From a virus (taxonomy: Duplodnaviria; Caudoviricetes), in the IMG/VR virus record IMGVR_UViG_3300037482_000205, positions 1 to 35,721 of that record: 35,721 nt of DNA. One strand, written 5' to 3'. The position numbers and the translations under genes are program-made. Positions 24,701 through 32,751 of the stretch are shown in pieces. The first letter of the stretch is position 1; each line of letters begins with the position of its first letter. The notes under the pieces were generated by a model. The model was given only the letters and a program-made list of their open reading frames with translations. It was not told the origin of the DNA and did not search any database.

Positions 24701-25764
24701 TCTAGCGGGCCGAGTGCGGCGTCGGCTACCTCGCCCATCTCGATAATGAAACCGGACAGGGCGTCAACTCTCTCGCCCGCCACGATGGCAGTGGCGCGCA
24801 GCAGGTCGATGCCGTCGCCGGCGAACTCGATCACCACCGGCAGGGCGGTGCTCAGCTCATCGGTCAACCCGCCGACGAACTCGACCAACTCGCCGACCGC
24901 TGCCCCAGCGTCGCGCAGCATCTCGGCAGTCTCCTCGTCTTCGGCCAGCTCGGTCAGCCGCCCGATGACTTCGTTGACCGCCGGGCTCAGCCCCTGCCCG
25001 AACGCCTCGTACAGATCACCCGTCGCGTTCTTGAGGGCCAGGAAAGGCCCCTCGCCAGCCAAGCGCGCGGCCTCTGCGGCGCCGCCGAACTGCGTTTCCA
25101 GCTCGCCGAGGATGATGCCCTGTGCCTCGGCCAGCCGCCCCGTCTCGACCAGCGTCTTGATGGCTTTCTCTTGATCGACCGAGAACTGGATGCCGGCCCG
25201 TCCCAGGGCGCCGAGGTTCTTGACCGGGTCGTTGAGGGCCTTGCCGACCTGGAGCGCCGCCGAGTTGAGGTCGGTGCCCATGCGCGTCGCCACGTCGAGG
25301 ATGGCGGGCACGGTGCGTGCGTAGATCTCTCCTCGGATGCTGGTGAAAGTGAGCAGCACCGACTGCATCGACAGGGTGGCGTCGTCTGCAAACGCCGTCG
25401 TCTTTTGCAGGCTGGAGGCCAGCGCCTGAAGCTCCCGGGAGGTGAAGCCCGCCGTGCCGCCGGTGCTCTTGAGTGCGGACTCGACCTGCGCAATGGCTCC
25501 GGCCTGGAGGTTCCACTCCGACAGCGCCCGCTTGGAAAAGTCGACTACCTGATTGAAAGCCTTGATCGCTACCGTGATCCCGGCCACGGCCGCCGCGGCA
25601 ACGGCCGCCGCCCCGACAGCAATCGGAGCCATGCTCGCGAAGCCGGCACCCATCCCACCGGCCTTGGTCGTGACCTGATCCTCGGCGACTCCCAGCTCGC
25701 GCAGCTTCGCCTTGATCTTGTCGACCGAGCCCTTGTCGACGACCTCAACGATCAGTTGCGACAT
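21697..25764 (-). CDS. Tape measure protein (1355 aa)
   Basis: Longest ORF, Ala/Leu/Glu-rich helical; ELQALASSLQKTT.F.DD...AALQVGKALNDP...LGRAGIQFS; follows the chaperones. Confidence 0.93.
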   Translation of the reverse strand: MSQLIVEVVDKGSVDKIKAKLRELGVAEDQVTTKAGGMGAGFASMAPIAVGAAAVAAAAVAGITVAIKAFNQVVDFSKRALSEWNLQAGAIAQVESALKSTGGTAGFTSRELQALASSLQKTTAFADDATLSMQSVLLTFTSIRGEIYARTVPAILDVATRMGTDLNSAALQVGKALNDPVKNLGALGRAGIQFSVDQEKAIKTLVETGRLAEAQGIILGELETQFGGAAEAARLAGEGPFLALKNATGDLYEAFGQGLSPAVNEVIGRLTELAEDEETAEMLRDAGAAVGELVEFVGGLTDELSTALPVVIEFAGDGIDLLRATAIVAGERVDALSGFIIEMGEVADAALGPLDEIVASLVKLVGLGEPKTLLKLIQTLAPLGGVLGMVAAHAATTGAEVGELATTLGIAAENEKAWREELEGTGKTLPELERELAELEGTLERTVGTTHDAAAAKKAAAEAAREYKDRVRELLSESKEYREELEGIVEELELEVNLRRVLHQLGGEVDLSRIEPPPSTIPEHEPWVTEDLITEQEEIQREAERVSVEFEFLLARAFDDMSVGDLAGSFASLGEAIGVKMGAGLNEALEAALSALGSMIGSVFDSLINDTEISAESWIGSMGTIIGSIWGPYGAAIGGALGGALGGWIDSGSADAVTGQTEFQVGGTQLGINALEGSVKAINEAFSRIEELVSGTIESTEKIEIKTRANGEVWLRIGEIMNVQVDSVAEALDLATTWLLKTAEFSGVPEQVLQALAHTSATTIEELTRDLALAMDIARLDMGPVRAFFMDLFDKVSREIERAIELGIDPDPLIKKAGDDLLEALRNATTPEEHQQLADEIANQRAQLEAALAAAQAELVRVQGLIQRYLEGTTRLPQAVIDTLMRQAQDIAAQIAGIEAQLGLLPTDIPAFSGGGGGGRRGRREQQERTREGLRDQVEGLERGVLDPFQEELLSLGDIIPDLTAELNDGKLSAAEYADLLARATAAVDAMGQALVDDLIGRIDALAPSAGALTDSLAAIDDQVATLAAELAMLGEAGLMSADAIAEASAALEANAEAARFAQVEQRAQDVLLQALTFLGREEEVARLRFQIDQAGLLVAIAELELAQEKYGLELAIFDQLGGLAAEIAALEFDPSLLSPPTASPPPAFNRLDSAASDAARALEEMQRRLERANESLRDLVDDLSLGEVGAAVSPQQALAFAESRYRDTLARAQAGDLEAREALSGVARDFLDVLGDYSPELLALESPRILAEIQRLLGLGGAPPSALAPSRVLDGGNRFGGGPAVGAAAAAPVIAGQQPAAGLVDLGIVASAQLHTQRAIKASIDNLAEQQRRAIDQNARFLAEAHAEYGARAS

Positions 25765-26098
25765 CGGCCCGCTTCTCTTCCCTGTACTTGATGTTCATCT
25801 GCCGGAGGATGCTGCGGCAGATCCTCATCGCCGCGGGGTGGCCCAACTCCGGCCAGCGTTCGGCGCGCTGAGACAGGGCATGATCGATGCACATGCGAGA
25901 GAGTCCGCCGTTGACGTCGCGATCGATGTCCCAGAACTCATCCTCGAGAAACGAGAGGATCGGCCGCGGACTCGGCTCCCGTCCGAAGAGGGTATCGGTT
26001 GCCCCCTCTAGGAATAGCTCATACTCCGTCTCCCGATCGCTTTCCTTCAGGCGCCCGAGCTGGCCGTACCATCCTGCTCGGGCGATGAGGCTTCCCCC
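25745..26098 (-). CDS. Tail assembly chaperone C-terminal (gpT-like) part, reached by -1 frameshift
   Basis: The -1 frame after the slippery site reads GSLIARAGWYGQLGRLKESDRETEYELFLEG...; no own start codon with RBS. Confidence 0.7.
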   Translation of the reverse strand, partial: GGSLIARAGWYGQLGRLKESDRETEYELFLEGATDTLFGREPSPRPILSFLEDEFWDIDRDVNGGLSRMCIDHALSQRAERWPELGHPAAMRICRSILRQMNIKYREEKRADVATDR

Positions 26099-26754
26099 TC
26101 GCTGTCCAGGACCTCCAGCCTGGGTTGCACGAGCTGCCGGAAGCGGGCGCGGACACCCTGCACCAGGGCACCGCCGGAGCGGGTGGCGAGGGAGATGAAG
26201 TTCTCGCGGGTGAAGGGTAGGCCGATCTCTTCCTCTTTCCATCCGGTGATGACGCCGGTATCGAACACGCGTTCGTAGTCGGCCTCGGCGACGCACTGGC
26301 CGTCCCTCAGGAGGTCGACCGACTCCTCGAGCAGGGCCTTGACCCGGGCGTTGGATTCGTCCTTGTCCTCGGCAGCGTCGTACTCTTCCTTGGCGGCATT
26401 CAGCTCCTCTTGCTTGGCCTTCAGCGACTCGTACCAAGCGGTGTAGTCGCGGCTGTGCTGCTCGGCGGCCTTCTGCATCTCCTCCCGGACTTGCAGGCTG
26501 TTGCTGATCAGGAGGCGGAACGCCACCGGGCCAGCGGGGGAGGGGAAGGCCAGCACCGACGGCCACCCTTCCTCCTCCATGCGGAACAGCTCGGCGACGT
26601 TGGCGGGAACGGGGATGTCCTTCTCGAGGACCAGCGCGGCGCCGGCCTTCACTGCCCGGCGCGCGGCTTCCCTGGCATCCACGCCCTTCGGCAGGTTGAC
26701 CGTAATGGTCGCTCCCTCGGTAGTCGCGGGAGCGCCGTTGGTTTCTGTGCTCAT
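26047..26754 (-). CDS. Tail assembly chaperone (gpG-like)
   Basis: Between tail tube and TMP; VITGWK...GLPFTRENF motif. Confidence 0.8.
   Translation of the reverse strand: MSTETNGAPATTEGATITVNLPKGVDAREAARRAVKAGAALVLEKDIPVPANVAELFRMEEEGWPSVLAFPSPAGPVAFRLLISNSLQVREEMQKAAEQHSRDYTAWYESLKAKQEELNAAKEEYDAAEDKDESNARVKALLEESVDLLRDGQCVAEADYERVFDTGVITGWKEEEIGLPFTRENFISLATRSGGALVQGVRARFRQLVQPRLEVLDSEGEASSPEQDGTASSGA
26092..26098 (-). other. Programmed -1 frameshift slippery sequence GGGGGAA
   Basis: GAG GGG GAA GCC near the 3' end of the chaperone gene; the -1 frame is open to 25745. Confidence 0.75.
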
Positions 26755-27986
26755 TACGGCAGCGCCTCGACCGGCACGAAGAACATCGCATGCTGGTAGC
26801 CGAATCCGGCGGCGTTGTAGATGCTGGTCCCGTCCTTGACCGGGTCGTGGATCGGGAACGTCAGGGGATGGAAGACGGTCGTGCCGCGGGTGCCGAACTC
26901 GATGTCTCCCTGCGGCCTACAAGCGGGGTGGAAGAAGAACATCCGATTCCCCTGCTTGTCCTTGACCGAGATGCCCGCCTGCATGGTGGTGTTGTTCTTG
27001 ACGGGGTTCACCAGGAGCGCCCAGGCGGTGTCGTCGAGGCGCACCCGGGCGGTGAACTGCGAGCCATCCCAGTTGCCACGGTCGAGCGCTTGCGGGCCGT
27101 CGGTGGGGAGGCCCTTGATGCCCTCCTGATTGTGCGTCCACCGCTGGGTGTACTCGCTCACCACGACGGTCGCCGCGAGTGGGGCGCCGATCGCGACGGT
27201 GCCGTCCGCGAGATAGATCCGGCCGACCCCACCCTGAGCGGGGCGCATCGGGTCGGTGGTCTTGGCGGCGATCGTGCCGGTTGCAGCGGTCGCGGCGGCG
27301 GGGCTGAACTCCTGCCCCATGAGGGTGGCCACCTCGCCCAGGAAGTTGCCCTTCTGGATGTTCCACTCGATCTGGCCGACGCCATAGCCCTCGCCGATGA
27401 TGAATCTGTTGGTGAGCCTCAGAAGCTGCATCTCCCAGGCCAGCGAAATGTCGGTATTGCCGGGGATCAGGCGGCGCGAGCGGATGCGCACCTGACCGCC
27501 GGCCGCGAAGTCGGCGAGCTGCGTCGTGCCGGCCGCTAGCGTCAGGGCGGTAGCGCTCTTCGTCAACACCGGGCCGTACCACTCGGCAACGTTCGGCGCG
27601 ATGCCGGCGCCGTCGAGAAACAGCATGTCGCCGACCTGGAACCCAGAGAAGTCTGCCGCCCCCGCCGTGGTGAGCACGCCGGAGGTGGCGTCGATGTCGA
27701 CGTCGACCTCCGACTTTGCCGCACCGCGAGCCGCGCCCATCAGCGATTCGTAGAGGGGGAGGTAGTTCTCATAGACGAGGTCGGACGGCAGGGACAGGTT
27801 GCCGCCCTCATCCAGGAACTCGCTCGGGTAGGAGTTGGGGTCGCCCGACCAGAACGCCGGCGCCTGATAGTTGCGGTCGTACGTCGGGGTGGCGTCCTTG
27901 ACCAGCAGGAGCTGCTTGTCGGCGGTCGGCCACGTGCCGTAGGCGGACTCGGTCGCTACCCCGATGGTGGTGTGCTCGGCGCGCAT
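26754..27986 (-). CDS. Major tail tube protein
   Basis: 410 aa; IGVATESAYGTWPT N-terminus; inserted domain FSGFQVGDMLFLDG; position. Confidence 0.82.
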   Translation of the reverse strand: MRAEHTTIGVATESAYGTWPTADKQLLLVKDATPTYDRNYQAPAFWSGDPNSYPSEFLDEGGNLSLPSDLVYENYLPLYESLMGAARGAAKSEVDVDIDATSGVLTTAGAADFSGFQVGDMLFLDGAGIAPNVAEWYGPVLTKSATALTLAAGTTQLADFAAGGQVRIRSRRLIPGNTDISLAWEMQLLRLTNRFIIGEGYGVGQIEWNIQKGNFLGEVATLMGQEFSPAAATAATGTIAAKTTDPMRPAQGGVGRIYLADGTVAIGAPLAATVVVSEYTQRWTHNQEGIKGLPTDGPQALDRGNWDGSQFTARVRLDDTAWALLVNPVKNNTTMQAGISVKDKQGNRMFFFHPACRPQGDIEFGTRGTTVFHPLTFPIHDPVKDGTSIYNAAGFGYQHAMFFVPVEALP

Positions 27987-28240
27987 CAGCGGTTATCCTC
28001 TTTCTCCGCCTTCTTGGCGGTCTTCACCGGCTCGACCGCCGCGGGCTTGGCAGCGCGCTCGGCGTCTTTCAGGTGGCTGGGGTGCTTGGCGAGGTGCTCG
28101 ACCTCCGCCACCTCGGAGCGGGTGTGCGGTCCTTTCTTGTCGCCCCGAACGATCAGCGCGTCGATGCGCCTCAGCTCGGGCAGGTCACACTCGAGGCGGA
28201 GCGCCCCGGGGTGGCCGTTGAACAGAACGATCTCGGGCAT
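27986..28240 (-). CDS. Hypothetical virion-module protein (84 aa)
   Basis: AGGAG RBS; coupled to the tail tube gene. Confidence 0.65.
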   Translation of the reverse strand: MPEIVLFNGHPGALRLECDLPELRRIDALIVRGDKKGPHTRSEVAEVEHLAKHPSHLKDAERAAKPAAVEPVKTAKKAEKEDNR

Positions 28241-28249
28241 TTCGGTCTC

Positions 28250-29041
28250 CTACTGGACTTCTGGTTGATCGAAGGTGAGCAGCAGCTCGGTGGTCGAGAC
28301 GATCACGCCAACGCGCTGCGCTACGCCGGCTCCGGGGGTGGTGACGGTCGGAGCGCCGGCTACCGCCTGCGACGTGTAGACGTCGCCGCTGGCGCCGAGC
28401 CCGTGGGTGATTCGCACCGGACCGCGGTGGCGCATGGAGACGCGGTCGCCGACTACCGACACGATCAGCGCTTGAGCACAGTTGGCGGGAACGTCCGCCA
28501 ACGCCAGCGCGAAGGCTCCGGATCCGGTGGGGCGGACCAGTTGCATCACCGAGAGGCTGTGTCCGGGGATGGTGTAGTTCACGGCCAGAGGCTCCCTGGT
28601 ATTGGTCTCCGCGTCGTACTCGATGCGGCGGTAGAGGGCGAGGACGTTGATCTGCTGGCGGGACTGCTGGGTGTCGACAGCGACGGTCCACGCCGACTCG
28701 AATCCGATGGTGCCCACCTCGGCGCGCTTCAGATCGTTCTCGATCTCGCCGGCCATGACGGCCAGCCCGCTGAGGTCCTGGTCGGCCGGCGATTCCGAGC
28801 GCAGCTCAATCACCATCGTCCCGATCTTCTCGGCCCAGCTCCACCCGCCCTCGCCGCTCGGCGCCTCGCCCGCCAGCACCACGCGCGCCCACACGCCGTC
28901 CGCTGGGTTGAGCACCGACGGACCGGGCTTGTCGATGCCGGCGGCGCCGAACGCCGTCCAGTCGATGCGGACGGCCGGCAGCGGGATCACCGCCGTAGCC
29001 AGCGCGCGGAGGTCGAGCACGGCCTCGTGGTAGAGGCTCAG
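28250..29041 (-). CDS. Tail terminator-like protein with C-terminal beta domain (probable CTG start)
   Basis: Position; VWARVV...IGTMVIELR; GGGAGGT precedes an in-frame CTG overlapping the upstream TGA. Confidence 0.65.
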   Translation of the reverse strand: MSLYHEAVLDLRALATAVIPLPAVRIDWTAFGAAGIDKPGPSVLNPADGVWARVVLAGEAPSGEGGWSWAEKIGTMVIELRSESPADQDLSGLAVMAGEIENDLKRAEVGTIGFESAWTVAVDTQQSRQQINVLALYRRIEYDAETNTREPLAVNYTIPGHSLSVMQLVRPTGSGAFALALADVPANCAQALIVSVVGDRVSMRHRGPVRITHGLGASGDVYTSQAVAGAPTVTTPGAGVAQRVGVIVSTTELLLTFDQPEVQ

Positions 29042-29493
29042 AGGAACCTCCCGCGCGAGTCGCGTTGCCGTCCGCCGCCTGCCGGCGCCGAGGGTCCTGC
29101 CGTCACCGTACCGGCGGCCGCGAGCGCCGCCTGCCAGTACGGCCGAGCCGTGATCGTCGCCGTCCCCTCGGCCTGGAAGGAGCTGTAGCTGGCGGCAGAG
29201 GCGAACCCGTACGTCTTCTTCAGCCCCGCCTCGTGCGACAGCTTGAGCGCTGCGGCCTTCACCGCCGCGGGGGCGGGCGTACCGGCGCGGGTGTCTCGAG
29301 CGGGTGCCTGTTCGGGTGTGTACGCCTCAGGAGGCGAGCCGCTGAACGCCTGGATCCCGGCCTTGAGCGCGCCCTCTTTGACGGGGGCCAAAGAGTTGGC
29401 GACGTCGAGGAAGGTGGCCGCGACTCGACCACCCCGGAAGTCGAGGTACTGCTTCGTGACCTCGGCGATCAGTTCATCAGCAATCTTGGCCAT
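29038..29493 (-). CDS. HK97 gp10-like tail completion/neck protein
   Basis: ANSLAPVKEGALKAGI...YSSFQAEGT...ARPYWQAAL. Confidence 0.75.
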   Translation of the reverse strand: MAKIADELIAEVTKQYLDFRGGRVAATFLDVANSLAPVKEGALKAGIQAFSGSPPEAYTPEQAPARDTRAGTPAPAAVKAAALKLSHEAGLKKTYGFASAASYSSFQAEGTATITARPYWQAALAAAGTVTAGPSAPAGGGRQRDSRGRFL

Positions 29494-29682
29494 GAGCTAC
29501 CTGCGGGGCCGGCGGGGCGCGCGGTCTCTCCCCAGCTCGGCGGGCGAGAAAGGCAGCCGAGGGATGGAGACCACCCCGCGCGACCCTGACCCGCAAGATT
29601 GAGCGTTGATGTTCATCCCCTGCCGGGGTTGTAGCGCGGCGGGGAGACGAGGAAAACCCCGGGATGCACAAATGCGGTAAAC

Positions 29683-29717
29683 TTGCCGAGTGGTCCGAAC
29701 GCGTCTAGAATCACGCC
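29683..29717 (+). promoter_or_regulatory. Sigma70-type leaderless promoter
   Basis: TTGCCG (29683-29688), 17 nt, TAGAAT (29706-29711), 6 nt, ATG 29718. Confidence 0.75.
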
Positions 29718-29912
29718 ATGCCCACGTTGCCCGAAGGCGTAGAGTTCGTGACCGCCGGCCAGCTCGCCCGCACGCTCGGCGTCGGCAAGCGGACCGTCTA
29801 CGCGCTGATCGAGGTCGGCGAAGTGCCGGCCACCAGGCCGCTGCGGGAGTACCGGATCAGGCGGGAGGATGCTGTGGCGGCGATCGAGCGGGCGAAGCAG
29901 AGGGCGCGATGA
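29718..29912 (+). CDS. HTH_17 excisionase/MerR-like DNA-binding protein
   Basis: FVTAGQLARTLGVGKRTVYALIEVGEVPATR..REYRIRRED. Confidence 0.85.
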   Translation: MPTLPEGVEFVTAGQLARTLGVGKRTVYALIEVGEVPATRPLREYRIRREDAVAAIERAKQRAR

Positions 29913-30199
29913 AGATGGGATACGTCAAAGAGCCACTTTTCCGAGAATCCCCAGATCCAGACGGCGGCGGGTCCCGGTCCGTGCCGACTGGTCCGGGCGG
30001 CGCCGACGTTCCGGTATCAGGGTCGTTCCGGTGCCCCGGCTGTGGCGTCAAGGTTGTATTCGTCGGAGCGGCGCCTGTGCGCGGAGCGACCACCGCCAGT
30101 TGGAGCGGGGTTCCGTGCCCGAACTGTCACGCGACCTTTACGGTGGATCTCGAAGTGGACCCGCCACAATCCAAGCTTGCAAAGGAGGAGCCGCGATGA
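29909..30199 (+). CDS. Zn-ribbon protein
   Basis: FRCPGCG...VPCPNCH; ATGA coupling on both sides. Confidence 0.7.
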   Translation: MKMGYVKEPLFRESPDPDGGGSRSVPTGPGGADVPVSGSFRCPGCGVKVVFVGAAPVRGATTASWSGVPCPNCHATFTVDLEVDPPQSKLAKEEPR

Positions 30200-30597
30200 A
30201 GCTTGACCTCAATCTCCCGCGCGCCCCGTTCTCCCCGTTAGACCAGGAGGGCTGCTGCCCGGAGTGCGGGAGCTATGCCCTGACGGTCCGAGTAGACGAA
30301 CGCGGGGAGTACGTCGTCGGCTGCAAGGACTGCTTGCGAGCCTGTGCCGACGCGGACCGTCGGAGCACTTGGTCTTACTTCGCACCGATCGAGACGGGAA
30401 GCGAGCGCGCGAACCCTGATCTGGCGGCGCGGAGCCTGGAACATGCGTCGCTGGCGGTCCAAGGCGTGCCGGAGGGCGAGAGGGCGAAGATGGTTCGGGG
30501 AAAGCTCGGGCACCAGTACCTCAAGCGAAGGAAGGTGTCCGGCGTAACTACCCCCGCCAAGCCAGCTTGTACAGCGCCACCGCCTCCCCGGTCCTGA
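30196..30597 (+). CDS. Zn-ribbon protein
   Basis: CCPECGS...VGCKDC; AGGAGG RBS; 3' end overlaps the convergent head-closure gene by 50 nt. Confidence 0.65.
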   Translation: MKLDLNLPRAPFSPLDQEGCCPECGSYALTVRVDERGEYVVGCKDCLRACADADRRSTWSYFAPIETGSERANPDLAARSLEHASLAVQGVPEGERAKMVRGKLGHQYLKRRKVSGVTTPAKPACTAPPPPRS

Positions 30598-30919
30598 TGG
30601 CCCCCGTTCCCTCGCCGAGAACCACTCCGCTGTTTCCTGCGATCGACTGCCCCGCGGACGTCACAGCCAGGATGTCCCCGGGCCGCGGCTCCGGCAGACC
30701 GGCCGCGACGAACGCGGCATCCAGCGCCGGCAGGTAGGCCACGGACATCAGCTCTTCGGTCTTGGTAGACTTGATATAGACCCTCTCGTCTTCTGTCGGC
30801 GTGATCTTGATCCCGGTGGCGGTAAGGTTCTCCCGCACAGAGTGCAACTCCGCCAGCATCCCGTGCTTGGCGATCGCCTTCGCGGCCTGTTTGGGGACGA
30901 TGCGGTCGGCGAGGGTCAC
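30548..30919 (-). CDS. Head-tail joining / head closure protein
   Basis: AAKAIAKHG...EPRPGDIL...GEAVALYKL; follows the adaptor gene. Confidence 0.7.
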   Translation of the reverse strand: MTLADRIVPKQAAKAIAKHGMLAELHSVRENLTATGIKITPTEDERVYIKSTKTEELMSVAYLPALDAAFVAAGLPEPRPGDILAVTSAGQSIAGNSGVVLGEGTGAIRTGEAVALYKLAWRG

Positions 30920-31404
30920 GCCCGGACCAGCCTGTTTTCCGGCACGATGTAGGAGCGGACCAGCGCCCGCACTTCCGGATAGTCGGTAACGGCGCCGGCG
31001 GCGCTTGAGAAGTCCAGGGCGATCGGGCCGACCTTCAACGCATCGAGCCCGCCGTCCTGAGCCTCGGTCAGAGGCGAGACGCGGTGATGGTTGGCCATGA
31101 CGAACACCGCGGCTTGCACGCGGAGGGGGACGGAATCGCTGGGGATCAGGCGGCCGTCATCGTCGATGCCGCCGACTCGCGGGAAGGGGAGCGCTTGCTC
31201 CTGCAGGAGGATCGCGCCACGCCACTGCCAGCGCAGCGCGACCCAGTCGGTGCCGATCCGCAGCGCCGCCTCTTTCTCGGGCACCGTGGAATCGGTCCAC
31301 GAGGCCGGCGACCCGTGGGTAGTCCAGTAGGCGTCGGCGGCAGCCACCGAGCCCAGCGACTCAGCGTCGGACTTGCCCGTGCCGTCCTCGTGGATCAGCG
31401 CCAC
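30916..31404 (-). CDS. Head-tail adaptor (DnaT-like domain family)
   Basis: MALIHEDGTGKSDAES..SVAAADAY...KEAAL...W.G....EQALPFPR...VP..VQ.A...KVGPI. Confidence 0.85.
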   Translation of the reverse strand: MALIHEDGTGKSDAESLGSVAAADAYWTTHGSPASWTDSTVPEKEAALRIGTDWVALRWQWRGAILLQEQALPFPRVGGIDDDGRLIPSDSVPLRVQAAVFVMANHHRVSPLTEAQDGGLDALKVGPIALDFSSAAGAVTDYPEVRALVRSYIVPENRLVRA

Positions 31405-31416
31405 GGATCCGCCTAC

Positions 31417-31839
31417 CTACTCGCCTTCAGGAAGTGGAGGTGCGTATCCGCCGACGGCTTCGCGCAGCGCCTTGACCTTCTCCTCCTTGAGGCGGTACTT
31501 CGACAGGTCGACCCCCAGGCTGTGCTCGACGACGTAAGCCTCCATCTCCTTGACCGTCATGGTCTCTAGGTGGACGCTCGGCAGCAGGCTTGCTGTGACC
31601 TCCTGGGTGGCAGCCTCGGGGCTGTGGGTTTCCTGCTCTTCCATCGCCACGATGCCGCGTAGCAGTTGCTCGCGGGCGTCGACCGGATGGAGGATCAACC
31701 AGCGCTGACCCTCGATCTGCCACACCCGTACCCGCCCGCTGGCGTCGACTGGAAGCCTCCCGGAGCGGGGGCGGGGCTGATCGTCCTGCGTGATCGGTCG
31801 TATGGTGCCGGACGTCAAGTCAACGACGGTTTCCGCCAT
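31417..31839 (-). CDS. Hypothetical head-module protein with C-terminal HeH/Rho-N-like helical motif
   Basis: HPVDAREQL; LETMTVKEMEAYV...GVDL...KEEKVKAL. Confidence 0.6.
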   Translation of the reverse strand: MAETVVDLTSGTIRPITQDDQPRPRSGRLPVDASGRVRVWQIEGQRWLILHPVDAREQLLRGIVAMEEQETHSPEAATQEVTASLLPSVHLETMTVKEMEAYVVEHSLGVDLSKYRLKEEKVKALREAVGGYAPPLPEGE

Positions 31840-31848
31840 CAAGACCTC

Positions 31849-32295
31849 CTAGCTCAGGGTGACGCCCAGCTCGTCAAGAACGATCCACTTCAGCGTCCCG
31901 GAGATGAGCGTCAGGATCTCGCCGGCGGCGTTGAAGCTGGCGCTCGACGCCGCAGAACCGCCGACGACGTTGGTGAGCGCCAGGGTCACGGCGTTGGTGG
32001 AGGTGGTCGCAATCATCTCGATGACCTTGACCACGCCAGGCCGCGTCGGCACCGCCAGCGTGACGGCGTAGGTGCTGGTAGCCGGGCCGGTGATCGAGAC
32101 GTGCCCGGCGCCGAGGTCGATGGCGCCGGCTTCGGTGATCGCCTGGATCGACGGCGCGAGATCTGTCCCGGTGACGGAGCCGCCGGTGATCGCCACCGCC
32201 GACGGCTCCTGAAGCGCCATGTCACCGAGGTCGTAGTCGATGAACTTCTTGGTGTTGGTTCCGGGCTCGAACCCGGTGACGCTACCGATTGCCAT
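31849..32295 (-). CDS. Putative capsid decoration/head fibre protein
   Basis: LGDMALQEPSAVAITGGSVTG motif and a beta-rich C-terminus. Confidence 0.6.
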   Translation of the reverse strand: MAIGSVTGFEPGTNTKKFIDYDLGDMALQEPSAVAITGGSVTGTDLAPSIQAITEAGAIDLGAGHVSITGPATSTYAVTLAVPTRPGVVKVIEMIATTSTNAVTLALTNVVGGSAASSASFNAAGEILTLISGTLKWIVLDELGVTLS

Positions 32296-32298
32296 GCC

Positions 32299-32739
32299 TC
32301 AGTCCTTCGCCAGGTAGGCCGAGTAGTTGATCCCGGTCCCGACGGTCCCGTCGACGAAGGTGTAGATGCGCAGGTGGCGGTACAGCGTGCCGTCCACCTC
32401 GTTGCGGAACGGGATGATGTAGCGACCCACTGCGTCGTCCTTGTCGGAGTCGGTGCGCTTGACCTCCTTGGCCGACAGGTTGAGCAGGGGTCCGTCCTGG
32501 ATGGCCGTCGCGGTTGCGAAGGCCGCCGTGTTGGTGAGCTGCGGAACGATCTCGTAGATCTCGTCGTTGTCGGCGATCTCCAGGGCGGAGACGTCGACGA
32601 CGATGTTCCCCTCGACCAGGCCATCGCCGAGGTCGAGCACCTTCGCCACGCCGCCAACGGTCGCCGCTGCCGACGCCGCGATGAGGCCGGCGTCCTTGAG
32701 TTCCAGGTCGGAATCGAACGTGTAGTGGAACCGTGCCAT
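32299..32739 (-). CDS. Capsid cement/decoration protein (Bbp16-like jelly roll)
   Basis: Directly after the MCP; FDSDLELKDAGLIAASAA...VLDLG...YRHLRIY. Confidence 0.7.
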   Translation of the reverse strand: MARFHYTFDSDLELKDAGLIAASAAATVGGVAKVLDLGDGLVEGNIVVDVSALEIADNDEIYEIVPQLTNTAAFATATAIQDGPLLNLSAKEVKRTDSDKDDAVGRYIIPFRNEVDGTLYRHLRIYTFVDGTVGTGINYSAYLAKD

Positions 32740-32751
32740 TGCGCTGTCTCC

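Noticed and set aside
29497-29616. 39-codon minus-strand ORF (MNINAQSCGSG...) upstream of the gp10-like gene
   Set aside because: Short, weak RBS, no recognisable motif; the PRLPFSP similarity to PRAPFSP in 30196-30597 is too short to trust.
29718-29912. HTH_17 genes as true excisionases marking an attachment site
   Set aside because: No integrase, att-like repeat or host genes adjacent; both lie inside the morphogenesis cluster.
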